Positions 19,088-28,934 of a DNA stretch of 64,000 bases are shown piece after piece. The DNA is from an uncultured Actinomycetes bacterium (GTDB taxonomy: Bacteria; Actinomycetota; Thermoleophilia; Miltoncostaeales; Miltoncostaeaceae). A program made the translations under genes and the position numbers. Every line of letters starts with the position of its first letter. Positions within the stretch are counted from its first letter, which is position 1. The notes below the pieces were generated by a model. That model saw only the letters and a program-made list of their open reading frames with translations. It was not told where the DNA came from and made no database searches. The DNA lies in the NCBI GenBank assembly GCA_903943955.1, contig CAJAPZ010000082.1, positions 2,078 to 66,077 on the forward strand, in the 5' to 3' direction.

Positions 19088-21904
19088 ATGAACCTGCGCC
19101 GCCGCTCCGTCCTCTTTCTCGCGGTCGTCGTCGGGCTGATCGCGGCATCCGCCGTGGTCGTGGCCGTGAAGCCCGTGGTACTCGGCCTCGACCTGCAGGG
19201 CGGCGTCGAGGTGGTGCTGCAGGGCAAGCCCACGCGCGATTCCCAGGTGACGCCCGAGGCCATCGCGCGCTCGGTTGAGGTCATTCGCAACCGAGTGGAC
19301 TCGTTTGGTGTGTCGGAGCCCGAGATTCAGACGCAGGGCAGCGACCAGATCGTGGTCTCGCTGCCTGGCGCAAAGAATCCGGATCAGGTGGTGGAAGACC
19401 TCATCAAGCCGGCGCAGTTGGTGTTCACCGACTACGAAGCCAACTTCGTGGCCAGCGACCCGAGCCTGTGGAAGATGGTGCAAAAGGCGCAGACCACCAC
19501 GCCGACACCTCCTATCGAGGGTTCTGCGTCGTATTACCTGTTCAAGACGAACGCGACCCACACCCTGGTGGCGGGGCCTGATGTGGAGCGGGTGAGCCTG
19601 CTGCAGCCCTACGGCGGCAAGGTGCCCCCGAAGAGCGAGATCGAGAAGGTGCCCGCTGGTCTGGTGATCTATTCCGATCAGCAGAAGCTCGATCCGACCA
19701 AGGCCGACAGTCCGTCACGCACGGTCTACGTATTGATGCAGGACAAGCCCGGGCTCAGCGGGAGCGACATCACATCGGCGTCGCAGAGCTTTGACAACAG
19801 CGGTGGCGGGGGCAGTCAGGAGCCCATCGTCACCATGGCGTTCACCGATGCCGGGGCCGAGAAGTTCCAGGACGTCACGCGTGACCTCGCGCAGCGCGGA
19901 TCGCTACGTAAGGAGTTGCAGAGTTTCGCCATCGTGCTTGACGGCACGATTATCTCGACCCCCACGATCGACTACCGCCAGTACCCCAACGGCATCAGTG
20001 GCAGCGGCGGCGCGCAGATCTCGGGCAACTTCACCAGTGAGACCGCGCGCACGCTGTCTGACCAGCTGAACTCGGGTGCGATACCCATTCGTCTGGATGT
20101 CATCAGCCAGAAGCAGGTCTCGGCCACTCTGGGCGCCGAATCGCTGAGCCAGGGGCTCATCGCTGGTCTGGCCGGTCTCATAGTGGTGATGATCTTCCTC
20201 ATCGTCTGGTATCGGCTGCTCGGCGTCATCGCCGCCGCCGCGCTCATCATCTACGCACTGTTCTACCTCGCAGTGGCCGAGCTCGTGCCAATCACGCTCA
20301 CCCTGCCCGGCATTGCGGGTGCCATCCTCACCATCGGCGTGGCGTCTGACGCCAACGTGGTCATATTCGAACGAATACGCGAGGAAGCCCGGGCCGGGCG
20401 GACCGCCAAATCGGCGATCCTCACCGGCTATACGAAGGGCGTCAGCGCGATTATCGACGCGAACGTCGTCACGTTCATGACGGCGGCAATCCTCTTCCTG
20501 TTCGGCACCGCCGGGCCGAAGGGCTTTGCGTTCGTGCTGATGATCGGCGTGCTGCTCTCGCTGTTCACCGCCGTGCTGGTGACCCGCGTCGTCATCGAGA
20601 TGCTGGCCGGCACCAAGGTATTCCAGAACGAGAAGGTCATGGGTCTCACCGCCCGCGAGCCGAAGTGGAAGTTCGACTTCGTTGGCAAGTGGCGCACGTG
20701 GCTCGCCATTTCGTTCATCCCGATTGCATTCGGTGCCGTGTTTATCGGTATCAAGGGGCTCAACCTGGGCCTCGACTTCAATAGCGGCACGCGCATTGAA
20801 GTGGCCTTCGTCAAGGGAACGCCCACTGAGGGCCAGGTGCGATCGGTCGTGGCGGCCGACGGCTACCCGGAGGCCAAGGTGCAGGTGACCACCGACACCG
20901 CGACCGGTCGCACGGGATTCCAGATTCAGACCCCCACGCTGCAGCCGGCGCAGCTCAACCAGCTGAAGCGCGACCTCGACCAGAAACTCGGGGGTGTCGA
21001 CGAGCGTGCCTACGTGGTGGAGACGGTCGGTCCCACCTTCGGGCGAGAGGTGGTGAAACGGGCGGCCTGGGCCATTGCGCTCTCGTTCCTGCTCATCATC
21101 GTGTACCTGACGATCAGATTTGAGTACCGCCTGGCGCTCCCGGCGTTGCTCTCGGTGGTGCATGACGTGTTTCTGTCGCTTGCCATCTACTCGATCACCG
21201 GCAGGGAGGTGACGAGTGCGACGGTGGCCGCGCTGCTGACCATCCTCGGTTACTCGCTGTACGACGTGGTTGTGGTCTTCGACCGCATCCGCGAAAACGG
21301 GCCGCTCATGCGTAACGCGCGCTACAAGGACGTGGTCAACCGGTCTGTGCACGAGACCCTGACCCGTTCTGTGATCACGGGCCTCACGGCCATCGTGCCC
21401 GTAGGGCTGCTGTTTATTTTCGGTGGCAACACGCTGCGCGACTTCGCGTTCGCACTGCTCATCGGCCTGCTGGCGGGCGGAATCTCATCGGTGCTCATTG
21501 CGGCCCCGCTCGCCGCCATCTGGAAGGAGCGCCAGCCAGAGGGGCGCAAGCGGGCCGCAAAGGCGCACAAGCGCACGTCGCGGGAGACTAGGTACGCGCA
21601 GGACGGCGTGGACATGGTTGCCCTTGAGCGCGCAGAGGCCGCGCTGATGGCCGACGACGCCATGCCATCGCTCATGCAGGAGTCGTCGGGGAAAGACGCC
21701 AATGACGACGAGCCCGACGCGCCCGACGAGCCCGACGAGCCCGACGAGCCCGACGCGCCCGCCGGGGATGCGTCATCATCAGACCTGCCGCCGACCGCAC
21801 CCGCGGGAGACGGCGGCGAGCCGGGTACGTCCCGTCCCGCCCCGACGCCGCCGCCTGAGCGGCAGCGTCGCCACGGCCAGGTCCGTCGCAGGAGGAAACC
21901 ATGA
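19088..21904 (+). CDS. secDF: protein translocase subunit SecDF (fused SecD-SecF) with a low-complexity C-terminal tail
   Basis: One 938-aa ORF holds the SecD periplasmic domain and 6 TM, then the SecF region (LDFNSGTRIEV... and 6 TM). The last ~130 aa are Asp/Pro/Arg-rich. Confidence 0.9.
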   Translation: MNLRRRSVLFLAVVVGLIAASAVVVAVKPVVLGLDLQGGVEVVLQGKPTRDSQVTPEAIARSVEVIRNRVDSFGVSEPEIQTQGSDQIVVSLPGAKNPDQVVEDLIKPAQLVFTDYEANFVASDPSLWKMVQKAQTTTPTPPIEGSASYYLFKTNATHTLVAGPDVERVSLLQPYGGKVPPKSEIEKVPAGLVIYSDQQKLDPTKADSPSRTVYVLMQDKPGLSGSDITSASQSFDNSGGGGSQEPIVTMAFTDAGAEKFQDVTRDLAQRGSLRKELQSFAIVLDGTIISTPTIDYRQYPNGISGSGGAQISGNFTSETARTLSDQLNSGAIPIRLDVISQKQVSATLGAESLSQGLIAGLAGLIVVMIFLIVWYRLLGVIAAAALIIYALFYLAVAELVPITLTLPGIAGAILTIGVASDANVVIFERIREEARAGRTAKSAILTGYTKGVSAIIDANVVTFMTAAILFLFGTAGPKGFAFVLMIGVLLSLFTAVLVTRVVIEMLAGTKVFQNEKVMGLTAREPKWKFDFVGKWRTWLAISFIPIAFGAVFIGIKGLNLGLDFNSGTRIEVAFVKGTPTEGQVRSVVAADGYPEAKVQVTTDTATGRTGFQIQTPTLQPAQLNQLKRDLDQKLGGVDERAYVVETVGPTFGREVVKRAAWAIALSFLLIIVYLTIRFEYRLALPALLSVVHDVFLSLAIYSITGREVTSATVAALLTILGYSLYDVVVVFDRIRENGPLMRNARYKDVVNRSVHETLTRSVITGLTAIVPVGLLFIFGGNTLRDFAFALLIGLLAGGISSVLIAAPLAAIWKERQPEGRKRAAKAHKRTSRETRYAQDGVDMVALERAEAALMADDAMPSLMQESSGKDANDDEPDAPDEPDEPDEPDAPAGDASSSDLPPTAPAGDGGEPGTSRPAPTPPPERQRRHGQVRRRRKP
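21710..21760 (+). repeat. in-frame 9-nt tandem repeat (gag/gcg-ccc-gac) x5 encoding (E/A)PD repeats in the SecDF tail
   Basis: gagcccgac gcgcccgac gagcccgac gagcccgac gagcccgac gcgccc, read directly. Confidence 0.9.
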
Positions 21905-22251
21905 TCGGTGTGCGCGAAGCGGTTGAGCAGGCGATATTCGTTGCGGTTGGTGCCGCGGCGCTCACCCGCGAACGTGCCGAGGCCATCGTGTCCGACCTGG
22001 TGCGGCGTGGGCAGCTGGGCGAGGATGAGGGACGCCTTACGGTGGACCGCCTGATGGAGCGCGCACGCGACGCCAGTGGCGGCGCATCGGGCTTTGTCGG
22101 CAAGATCGAGGGTGGGGTGCAGGGCGTGTTGCGCGAATTCGGCATCGCCCAGCGCGATGACCTGGCCGAGGTGGATCAGCGCATCAGCGACCTTGAGCAC
22201 CGCATCCGCCTTCTCGAGGAGTCGGGCAGCAGTACTCCCGGCGTCGAGTAG
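21901..22251 (+). CDS. phasin-like / COG3937-like small helical protein
   Basis: A 116-aa all-helical protein. The pattern ERAEAIVSDLVRRGQLGEDEG...DDLAEVDQRISDLEHRIRLLEE resembles PHA-granule-associated phasin-family proteins. It overlaps secDF by ATGA. Confidence 0.5.
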   Translation: MIGVREAVEQAIFVAVGAAALTRERAEAIVSDLVRRGQLGEDEGRLTVDRLMERARDASGGASGFVGKIEGGVQGVLREFGIAQRDDLAEVDQRISDLEHRIRLLEESGSSTPGVE

Positions 22252-22290
22252 CACCGCGGCTGGCGGCGGGGCCACTGGTACCGTGACGCC

Positions 22291-23928
22291 ATGAGCAGGG
22301 ACGACAAGCGCGGCAGCATCTCGCGGCTGCGCGATATCGCGCAGATCGCCACCAAGCACGGCTTCGGATATGTATTTCGCCGTGGCGGTTCGAGTGATGC
22401 GTCCGATGATCGCTCCACCCGCGCCGTTCGACTGCGGGAAATGTTTGAGGAGCTCGGGCCGACATTCGTGAAGTTCGGGCAGCTGCTGTCCACACGCCCG
22501 GACCTGGTGCCCCAGGACATCATCGACGAACTGCGCCGCCTGCAGGACAGCGCCCGCCCCGAGCCATTCGAGGCGATCCGCGGGGTGGTGGAAGACGAAC
22601 TCGGCCTCACGCTCGAGCAGGCATTTGAGTGGTTCGACGAGGAGCCCATCGGTGCGGCATCGGTGGGGCAGGTGCACGTGGCGGGCCTCCCCGGCGGCCA
22701 CGAGGTGGTGGTAAAGGTGCAGCGCCCCGGGGCCGCCGCCACGCTGGCAGCCGACATCGAGCTGCTCTACAAACTTGCGGCGTTGGCCAAGGATCGCGTG
22801 AAGCGGCTGTCGTTCATCGACCTCACCAGCTTGGTGGATGAGTTCGCGCGCACTGTGCGTCACGAGCTTGACTATCGCAACGAGGCGCGCAACTGCGAAG
22901 CCGTTCGTGTCCAGTTCGCGGGGAATGAGCACGTCGACGTTCCAAAGGTGCACTGGCGCCGCACGAGTGAGCGGGTGCTCACCATGGACCGGGTGGCCGG
23001 GCGTCCGCTGGCCCATGTCGATCTCGAGACGATGACCACCGACGAACGGCGCCTGCTGGCCGCACGGATCGCCGAGAGCTGGATGCAGATGGTCTTCGCG
23101 GACGGCTTGTTTCATGCCGATCCGCATCCCGCCAACATTATGGTGATCGGCCCCGACCACATCGGGTTGATCGACTTCGGCATGGTGGGGGTGCTTTCGA
23201 AGGGCGACCGCGAGTCCGCCGTGCGCCTGTTCGGGGACATCCTTGAACAGAACATGGAACGCATTCCGCGCGACTTGAAGTCGCTGGGAATCAATTACCC
23301 GCGTGAGGTCGAGGCGGAGTTCTCGGAGCGCCTTACTCTGGTCATGGCGCAGTACGTCGGCGCCTCGATGGATGAGATCGACGTGCGCGGGGTGCTGCAC
23401 GACATCTTCGGCCTCATCTACGAACTTGAGATCACGCTCCCGGCGCGCTGGATCCTGCTGGACAAAGCGCTCGCCACGCTGGCTGGCGTGGCCCTGGAGA
23501 TCTCACCCGACTTCAACGTGTTTGAGACCGCCCGGCCCTACGCGCGACGGTTGTACCTCGAGCGGTTCAGCCCCGATCGCATCGCGTCTCGGATGAGTGG
23601 GGATCTGGGGAAATACGCCAGCGCGCTCCTCGGCTATCCATTTCAGGTGTCGGAGCTTCTCGACGAGTTCAAGGATGGCGAAGTGCGTATCGCCATCAAC
23701 CTCGAGGAACTCCGGGCGGCCAGCGATAAGGGGCTGGCCGCGGCCAACCGCGTGGCGGTGGCGTTGGTGACGTCCGCGGTGATCGTGGGCTCAGCCCTCA
23801 TCGGCACCTTCGTGAAGAGTGGCCCGCACATCTTCGGGCTTGCGTGGATCGGCGTGCCGGGCTTTGTGGCGGGGCTCGTACTGTTTGGATGGCTCGTCAT
23901 CGGGATGATCCGCTCGGGCGCCTGGTAG
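22291..23928 (+). CDS. ABC1/UbiB-family atypical protein kinase
   Basis: ABC1 motifs IGAASVGQVHVA, VVVKVQRPG, HADPHPANIMV and LIDFGMVG, plus C-terminal TM segments. Confidence 0.85.
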   Translation: MSRDDKRGSISRLRDIAQIATKHGFGYVFRRGGSSDASDDRSTRAVRLREMFEELGPTFVKFGQLLSTRPDLVPQDIIDELRRLQDSARPEPFEAIRGVVEDELGLTLEQAFEWFDEEPIGAASVGQVHVAGLPGGHEVVVKVQRPGAAATLAADIELLYKLAALAKDRVKRLSFIDLTSLVDEFARTVRHELDYRNEARNCEAVRVQFAGNEHVDVPKVHWRRTSERVLTMDRVAGRPLAHVDLETMTTDERRLLAARIAESWMQMVFADGLFHADPHPANIMVIGPDHIGLIDFGMVGVLSKGDRESAVRLFGDILEQNMERIPRDLKSLGINYPREVEAEFSERLTLVMAQYVGASMDEIDVRGVLHDIFGLIYELEITLPARWILLDKALATLAGVALEISPDFNVFETARPYARRLYLERFSPDRIASRMSGDLGKYASALLGYPFQVSELLDEFKDGEVRIAINLEELRAASDKGLAAANRVAVALVTSAVIVGSALIGTFVKSGPHIFGLAWIGVPGFVAGLVLFGWLVIGMIRSGAW

Positions 23929-23950
23929 CCCGCGGCCGCATCCGTTCGCG

Positions 23951-26641
23951 GTGGTACGGTCGGATGGGCTGATGGCAGACCCTAAAATAATCCCCAGCGA
24001 GCCCCCGTGGCGCACAACCCGCGTGCGCTACGCCGACGTGCGTCGGCTGCAGCTGGCGCTCGGGTGCCCCGAGCCCATGGCCTGGATCATGGTGCGACGT
24101 GGACTCGCGGATGTCGCGGCGGCCCACGCCTTTCTCGCCACCGACGGTGACCTCGGGGACCCTGAGGCCATTGACGGCATCTCCGCCGCCGCCGACCGCC
24201 TGGTTGAGGCCATCGCCAAGGGCGAGCGCATCGCAATCCACGGCGACTACGACTGCGATGGTGTGTGCTCCACGGCGATTCTCGCCGGGGCGCTTCGTGC
24301 CCGGGGGGCGGACGTCGTCACCTTTCTTCCCAGCCGCTTCACTGATGGATACGGGGTGTCGGAGGCCACTGTGGAGCGGTTGGCCGATGAGGGCGCGCGG
24401 GTGTTCACCACCGTGGACTGCGGAACGTCGAGCGTGGAGGCCCTCACCCGCGCCCATGAGTTGGGCATGGATGTGATCGTGCTCGACCACCACCTGGCGG
24501 GCGGCGCGCGCCCACCAGGCATCATCGCCAACCCGGCACTCGGGCGGGGGATGGAGGCACTTCCCGCCGCTGCGGGCGTGGTATTTGATGTCACGCGTGC
24601 CATCGCCCTGCGCCTGGACGGCGACCTGCTGTCGCCGTCCGCAGAGATGGGGATTGACCTCGCCGGCCTCGCCACGGTCGCCGATGCAGTGCCGCTCATC
24701 GAGGGGAACCGGCGACTGGTGCACCGGGCGATTGCGGCCATACGTCGCGGCGAGCGTCCGGGCATCAACGCGCTGTGCGCGGTGGCGGGCTCCAATCACC
24801 GCGTCATCACACCCCGTGGCCTGTCGTTCACGCTGGCGCCGGCAATCAACGCCGCCGGCCGTCTGGGTGACCCCGGGCGGGCCCTCGAACTGCTGCTCGC
24901 AACTGACGAGCGCGAGGCCCGTGCGCTTGCTGAGGAGCTCTGGGCCCTCAACACCACGCGGCGTGACGTCGAGCGACAGGTCACGGCGGAGGCCATCGCG
25001 ATTGTGGAGGCCGAGACCGGTCAGCGAGCCGATGCCGCCATCACACTGGTGGCGGGCGAGGGGTGGCATGAGGGTGTGGTGGGCATCGTGGCCTCGCGCA
25101 TGGTGGAGCGGTTTGGGCGACCCGCAATCGTGCTCGCCACCTCCGGGGACGAGGCCAAGGGGTCTGGCCGCAGCCTTCCCGGAGTGGACCTGCATGCGAT
25201 CGTGGCCGACGCCGATGCTCTGCTCACGCGCTGGGGTGGTCACGCGGGCGCCGTGGGGGTATCGCTGGCCACCGATGACATCGCCGCATTCCGTGAGGCG
25301 CTCGAGTCGGCCGTGGCTGGGCGCAGGGGCGAGATCTCGCGGGCACGCACACGATCCGTGGATGCCGTCGCCGGTGGTCCCGACCTCACGCTGGCGACTG
25401 CCGAGGCCCTTGAGGCGCTGGCCCCATTTGGCCGCGGCAACCCTGAGCCCCGCATTGTGGTGCCCGGCTGTGCGATCACGGGCATCTCACGTGTGGGTGG
25501 TGGCAAGCACCTGAAAGCCCGGCTCTCCGCTGGGGGTGTGATGGCACCCGCGATTGGCTTCCAGATGGGGGACCAGGGCCCGGAACTGAAGAGTGCAGGC
25601 GAGGATGCGCGCTACGACGCCGTGGCGCGCCTCGAGGTGGAGCGCTGGCAGGACACCGTGGGGCCGCGGGTGACGCTCGAGGCCATCGTGCACCTACCTG
25701 ATGGCCCACTCGTTCCTGGTGGCTGTGCCACTGCCTGTGACGTCACATGCCAGGACCGCGTGCACATGTCCGGACTGCGCCGCCTGCTGGATTCACCATT
25801 TCCTGCCGCCGTGTCCTCGGCGCACCTCGAGCCGCCTGCGGACGTCGTGGACCGCCGGGGCGAGGGGCGGGCGCTTTCGCTCATCGCCGCACTTGCCGGT
25901 GCTGACGGTGGGGTTGTTGCGGTGGTGGCCGACGTGCCGCGCCGACGCGCCGCCCTGTCGGAGGTCCTGTTTCCGGGGAGGCTCGGGGTCGAGGTGGCAA
26001 TTCTCGGCGGTGACCGTTGCGACCGTGACGCGATGGCGTCGCGCCTGGCCCTTGCACGGGGCGGGCCGCTGCTCGCGCTCCTCGATCCCCGCGCGCTGGT
26101 CGACCTGGTACTGCCGGACGACGTGCACCTCGTGGTGGTTGACCCGCCGGTGTTCGACGCGGACATCGTGGCGCTTCGCACGGCGGGTGCGGGGCGCACG
26201 GTGCATCTGGCGTGGGGTGAGGATGAGGCCCGTTATGCGCTCGGGGTGGCCGAGGCCGATCTCTCGGTGCGTGATGTCGCCCGTGGGCTCTGGCCGTCGC
26301 TGAAGGCCGCCAGTGCACTCATGCCATGGGATTCCGACCTCGACCACCTGCTCGCGGGGGATGGGGCCGTCTCGCGGTCGCCACGCGCAATTGCGATCGC
26401 ACTTGCTGCGCTTCGCGAGGCGGGACTCATTACGGTTGACGATGCGGGCATCACGGTGTGCGACGGGGTCGGGCGATCTGACCTTGAGACCACCCAAACG
26501 GGTCTGCATGCGGCTGCCCTGCTCGACCAGGCACGGCAGCTCACGGCGCGCGCGATGACCCTCGACATCTTCGGAGCACTGCCCGAGTACGCAAGTGGCT
26601 CCGTGGAGGGTCCGACTTTCCCCGCCGGCGCGTTATCGTAG
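23951..26641 (+). CDS. recJ: single-stranded-DNA-specific exonuclease RecJ with ~300-aa C-terminal extension
   Basis: DHH motifs IAIHGDYDCDGVCS, VDCGTSS and VLDHH, plus DHHA1 GGHAGAVG. The start is GTG 23951 or ATG 23972. Confidence 0.85.
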   Translation: MVRSDGLMADPKIIPSEPPWRTTRVRYADVRRLQLALGCPEPMAWIMVRRGLADVAAAHAFLATDGDLGDPEAIDGISAAADRLVEAIAKGERIAIHGDYDCDGVCSTAILAGALRARGADVVTFLPSRFTDGYGVSEATVERLADEGARVFTTVDCGTSSVEALTRAHELGMDVIVLDHHLAGGARPPGIIANPALGRGMEALPAAAGVVFDVTRAIALRLDGDLLSPSAEMGIDLAGLATVADAVPLIEGNRRLVHRAIAAIRRGERPGINALCAVAGSNHRVITPRGLSFTLAPAINAAGRLGDPGRALELLLATDEREARALAEELWALNTTRRDVERQVTAEAIAIVEAETGQRADAAITLVAGEGWHEGVVGIVASRMVERFGRPAIVLATSGDEAKGSGRSLPGVDLHAIVADADALLTRWGGHAGAVGVSLATDDIAAFREALESAVAGRRGEISRARTRSVDAVAGGPDLTLATAEALEALAPFGRGNPEPRIVVPGCAITGISRVGGGKHLKARLSAGGVMAPAIGFQMGDQGPELKSAGEDARYDAVARLEVERWQDTVGPRVTLEAIVHLPDGPLVPGGCATACDVTCQDRVHMSGLRRLLDSPFPAAVSSAHLEPPADVVDRRGEGRALSLIAALAGADGGVVAVVADVPRRRAALSEVLFPGRLGVEVAILGGDRCDRDAMASRLALARGGPLLALLDPRALVDLVLPDDVHLVVVDPPVFDADIVALRTAGAGRTVHLAWGEDEARYALGVAEADLSVRDVARGLWPSLKAASALMPWDSDLDHLLAGDGAVSRSPRAIAIALAALREAGLITVDDAGITVCDGVGRSDLETTQTGLHAAALLDQARQLTARAMTLDIFGALPEYASGSVEGPTFPAGALS

Positions 26642-26646
26642 GACCT

Positions 26647-28872
26647 GTGGGAACACCGCTCGCCGACCTTGGACTGACGCCGGCGACCGGCCCCTCGGAA
26701 CTCGAGGAGCTGGTACGCGAGGTGCTGTCCAATCACCCCGATACCGACGCCGACGCCATTCGGCGCGCATACGCGTACGCCGATGAGCGCCACCACGACC
26801 AGCTTCGCCAGTCGGGTGCGCCGTACATCACCCATCCGCTCGGGGTGGCGCGGATCTGTGCTGGACTCGGCCTCGATGGCGAGACCATCCAGGCGGCCCT
26901 GCTGCACGACACGGTGGAGGACACCGCCGCCACGCACGAGGACGTCGAGGGCCAGTTCGGTGCCGAGGTGGCCGCTTTGGTGGATGGGGTGACCAAGCTC
27001 ACGCGAATCCACTTTGAAAGCCAGGAGGAGCGGCAGGCCGAGAACTACCGCAAGCTCATCGTCTCGATGTCGAGCGATATCCGCGTGTTGCTCGTGAAGC
27101 TCGCGGACCGCCTGCACAACATGCGCACGCTTCAGTACATGAGCAAGGCGAAGCAGGTGCAGAAGGCGCGCGAGACCCTCGAGGTGTACGCGCCGCTCGC
27201 GCACCGGCTTGGAATCCAGTCCCTCAAGTGGGAGCTTGAGGATCTGGCGTTTGGGGCGCTGCACCCCAAGCGCTACGCGGAAATCCAGCAGATGGTCAAT
27301 CAGCGCAGGGTGGACCGCGAGGAGTACGTGGCGGAGGCTGGCGGATACCTGGCGGACGAACTGCGGAAGGTGGGCGTGGAGCCGGTGGAGATCATCGGCC
27401 GGGCCAAGCATTTCTATTCGATCTACGAGAAAATGACCCGCAAGGGCAAGGAATTCAACGAGATCTACGACCTCACCGCGATGCGGGTGATCGTGGACTC
27501 GGTAAAGGACTGCTACGGCGCGGTGGGCACCATCCACTCGCTGTGGAAGCCCATTCCCGGGCGATTTAAGGACTACATCGCCATGCCGCGGCTGAACATG
27601 TACCAGTCGCTGCACACCACGGTGATCGGGCCTCAGGGCACTCCGCTCGAGATCCAGATCCGCACACTGGAGATGCACCGCACGGCCGAGTACGGCGTGG
27701 CCGCCCACTGGCTGTACAAGGCAGAGAATCGCGCCCACGAGACTGCATCTGACGACCGGCTCGAGTGGCTGTCACGCATGATGGACTGGCAGCGCGACAC
27801 CACGGACCCCGGCGAGTTCATTGAGTCGCTCAAGGGCGATCTGTACTCGCAGGAGGTGTTCGTATTCACGCCCAAGGGCGAGGTGCGGGCGCTTCCCGCA
27901 GGTTCCACGCCACTCGACTTCGCCTACGACGTGCACACCGACGTGGGGCACCGGTGTGTGGGTGCGAAGGTCAACGGCCGCATCGTGCCGCTCACCCAGC
28001 ACCTCGAGTCGGGCGACTTCGTGGAGATCCTCACCTCCAAGCAGCCCCGCGGCCCATCGCGCGACTGGCTGGGCGTGGTGCAGACCTCAAAGGCCCGCTC
28101 GCGCATCCGGTCGTTCTTCAGCCGGGAACGGCGTGAGGATGCCGAGCACCATGGCCGTGAACTGCTGCAGGACGCCCTGCGAAAGGCCGGGCTTCCCAAT
28201 CAGCGCATCGTGGGGTCACCGCTGTTTGCGGGGGTGATTGAGGAGATGGGCTTCAAGCGGGCCGAGGACTTCTACATCTCGCTCGGCCTTGGCAAGACCT
28301 CCTCTCAGGTGGTGGTGAACAAGATCATTTCGTCTCTCAAGGCACAGGAGGGCGGGGTTGAGTCCCAGCCCACCGCGCCCGAGGGCCGCAATAACCGCAT
28401 GCGCCAGGGCGGCGTGTCCACAGATCTCGGAATCGAGATCGAGGGCGTGGCCGATGTGATGGTGCGACTCGCCAAGTGCTGCAAGCCGGTTCCCGGGGAT
28501 GACATCGTGGGGTACATCTCGCTTGGACGCGGTATCACGATCCATCGTGAGGACTGCCCGAATACGCGCGCGCTCATGCGGTCCCCGGAGCGATTCACGC
28601 CCGTGGCGTGGGGCGGGGAGAGCCGGCACGCCTTTGGCGTGGAGCTCGCCGTGGAGGCCTGGGATCGCCATCGCCTGCTCGAGGACATCTCACGCACCAT
28701 CGCCGAGAACGGGGTCAACATCCTTTCGGCGCAGTGCCAGGTTGATGATCAGATGGCCCGGCATCGCTTTGTGCTGGAGATGGCCGATATCGACACCCTG
28801 CGGGTGCTCACGGGGCACCTGCGAAACGTCGAGTCGGTATTTGACGCGTACAGGGTGACGCCGGGCGCCTGA
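26647..28872 (+). CDS. rel: bifunctional (p)ppGpp synthetase/hydrolase RelA/SpoT (Rel)
   Basis: HD domain HPLGV...HDTVEDT, synthetase RAKHFYSIYEKM, and TGS and ACT regions. Confidence 0.95.
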   Translation: MGTPLADLGLTPATGPSELEELVREVLSNHPDTDADAIRRAYAYADERHHDQLRQSGAPYITHPLGVARICAGLGLDGETIQAALLHDTVEDTAATHEDVEGQFGAEVAALVDGVTKLTRIHFESQEERQAENYRKLIVSMSSDIRVLLVKLADRLHNMRTLQYMSKAKQVQKARETLEVYAPLAHRLGIQSLKWELEDLAFGALHPKRYAEIQQMVNQRRVDREEYVAEAGGYLADELRKVGVEPVEIIGRAKHFYSIYEKMTRKGKEFNEIYDLTAMRVIVDSVKDCYGAVGTIHSLWKPIPGRFKDYIAMPRLNMYQSLHTTVIGPQGTPLEIQIRTLEMHRTAEYGVAAHWLYKAENRAHETASDDRLEWLSRMMDWQRDTTDPGEFIESLKGDLYSQEVFVFTPKGEVRALPAGSTPLDFAYDVHTDVGHRCVGAKVNGRIVPLTQHLESGDFVEILTSKQPRGPSRDWLGVVQTSKARSRIRSFFSRERREDAEHHGRELLQDALRKAGLPNQRIVGSPLFAGVIEEMGFKRAEDFYISLGLGKTSSQVVVNKIISSLKAQEGGVESQPTAPEGRNNRMRQGGVSTDLGIEIEGVADVMVRLAKCCKPVPGDDIVGYISLGRGITIHREDCPNTRALMRSPERFTPVAWGGESRHAFGVELAVEAWDRHRLLEDISRTIAENGVNILSAQCQVDDQMARHRFVLEMADIDTLRVLTGHLRNVESVFDAYRVTPGA

Positions 28873-28934
28873 CCCCGCATTTCGGGCTGTCGGTGGCGTC
28901 GGGCATCGGGGCCTGCTGGTAGCGTGGCCTGCCA

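Noticed and set aside
21322-23400. 692-aa minus-strand ORF antisense to the secDF 3' end, the phasin-like gene and the ubiB-like kinase
   Set aside because: The sense strand carries unmistakable ABC1-kinase and SecF motifs. The antisense translation is low-complexity and His/Arg/Gly/Pro-rich with no motifs, a typical high-GC shadow ORF.
26131-26160. VVVDPPVF in the RecJ extension, resembling the DPPY motif IV of N6-adenine methyltransferases
   Set aside because: No accompanying SAM-binding FxGxG motif is seen upstream. The aromatic residue is displaced (DPPVF rather than DPPY/F). A single short motif is insufficient.
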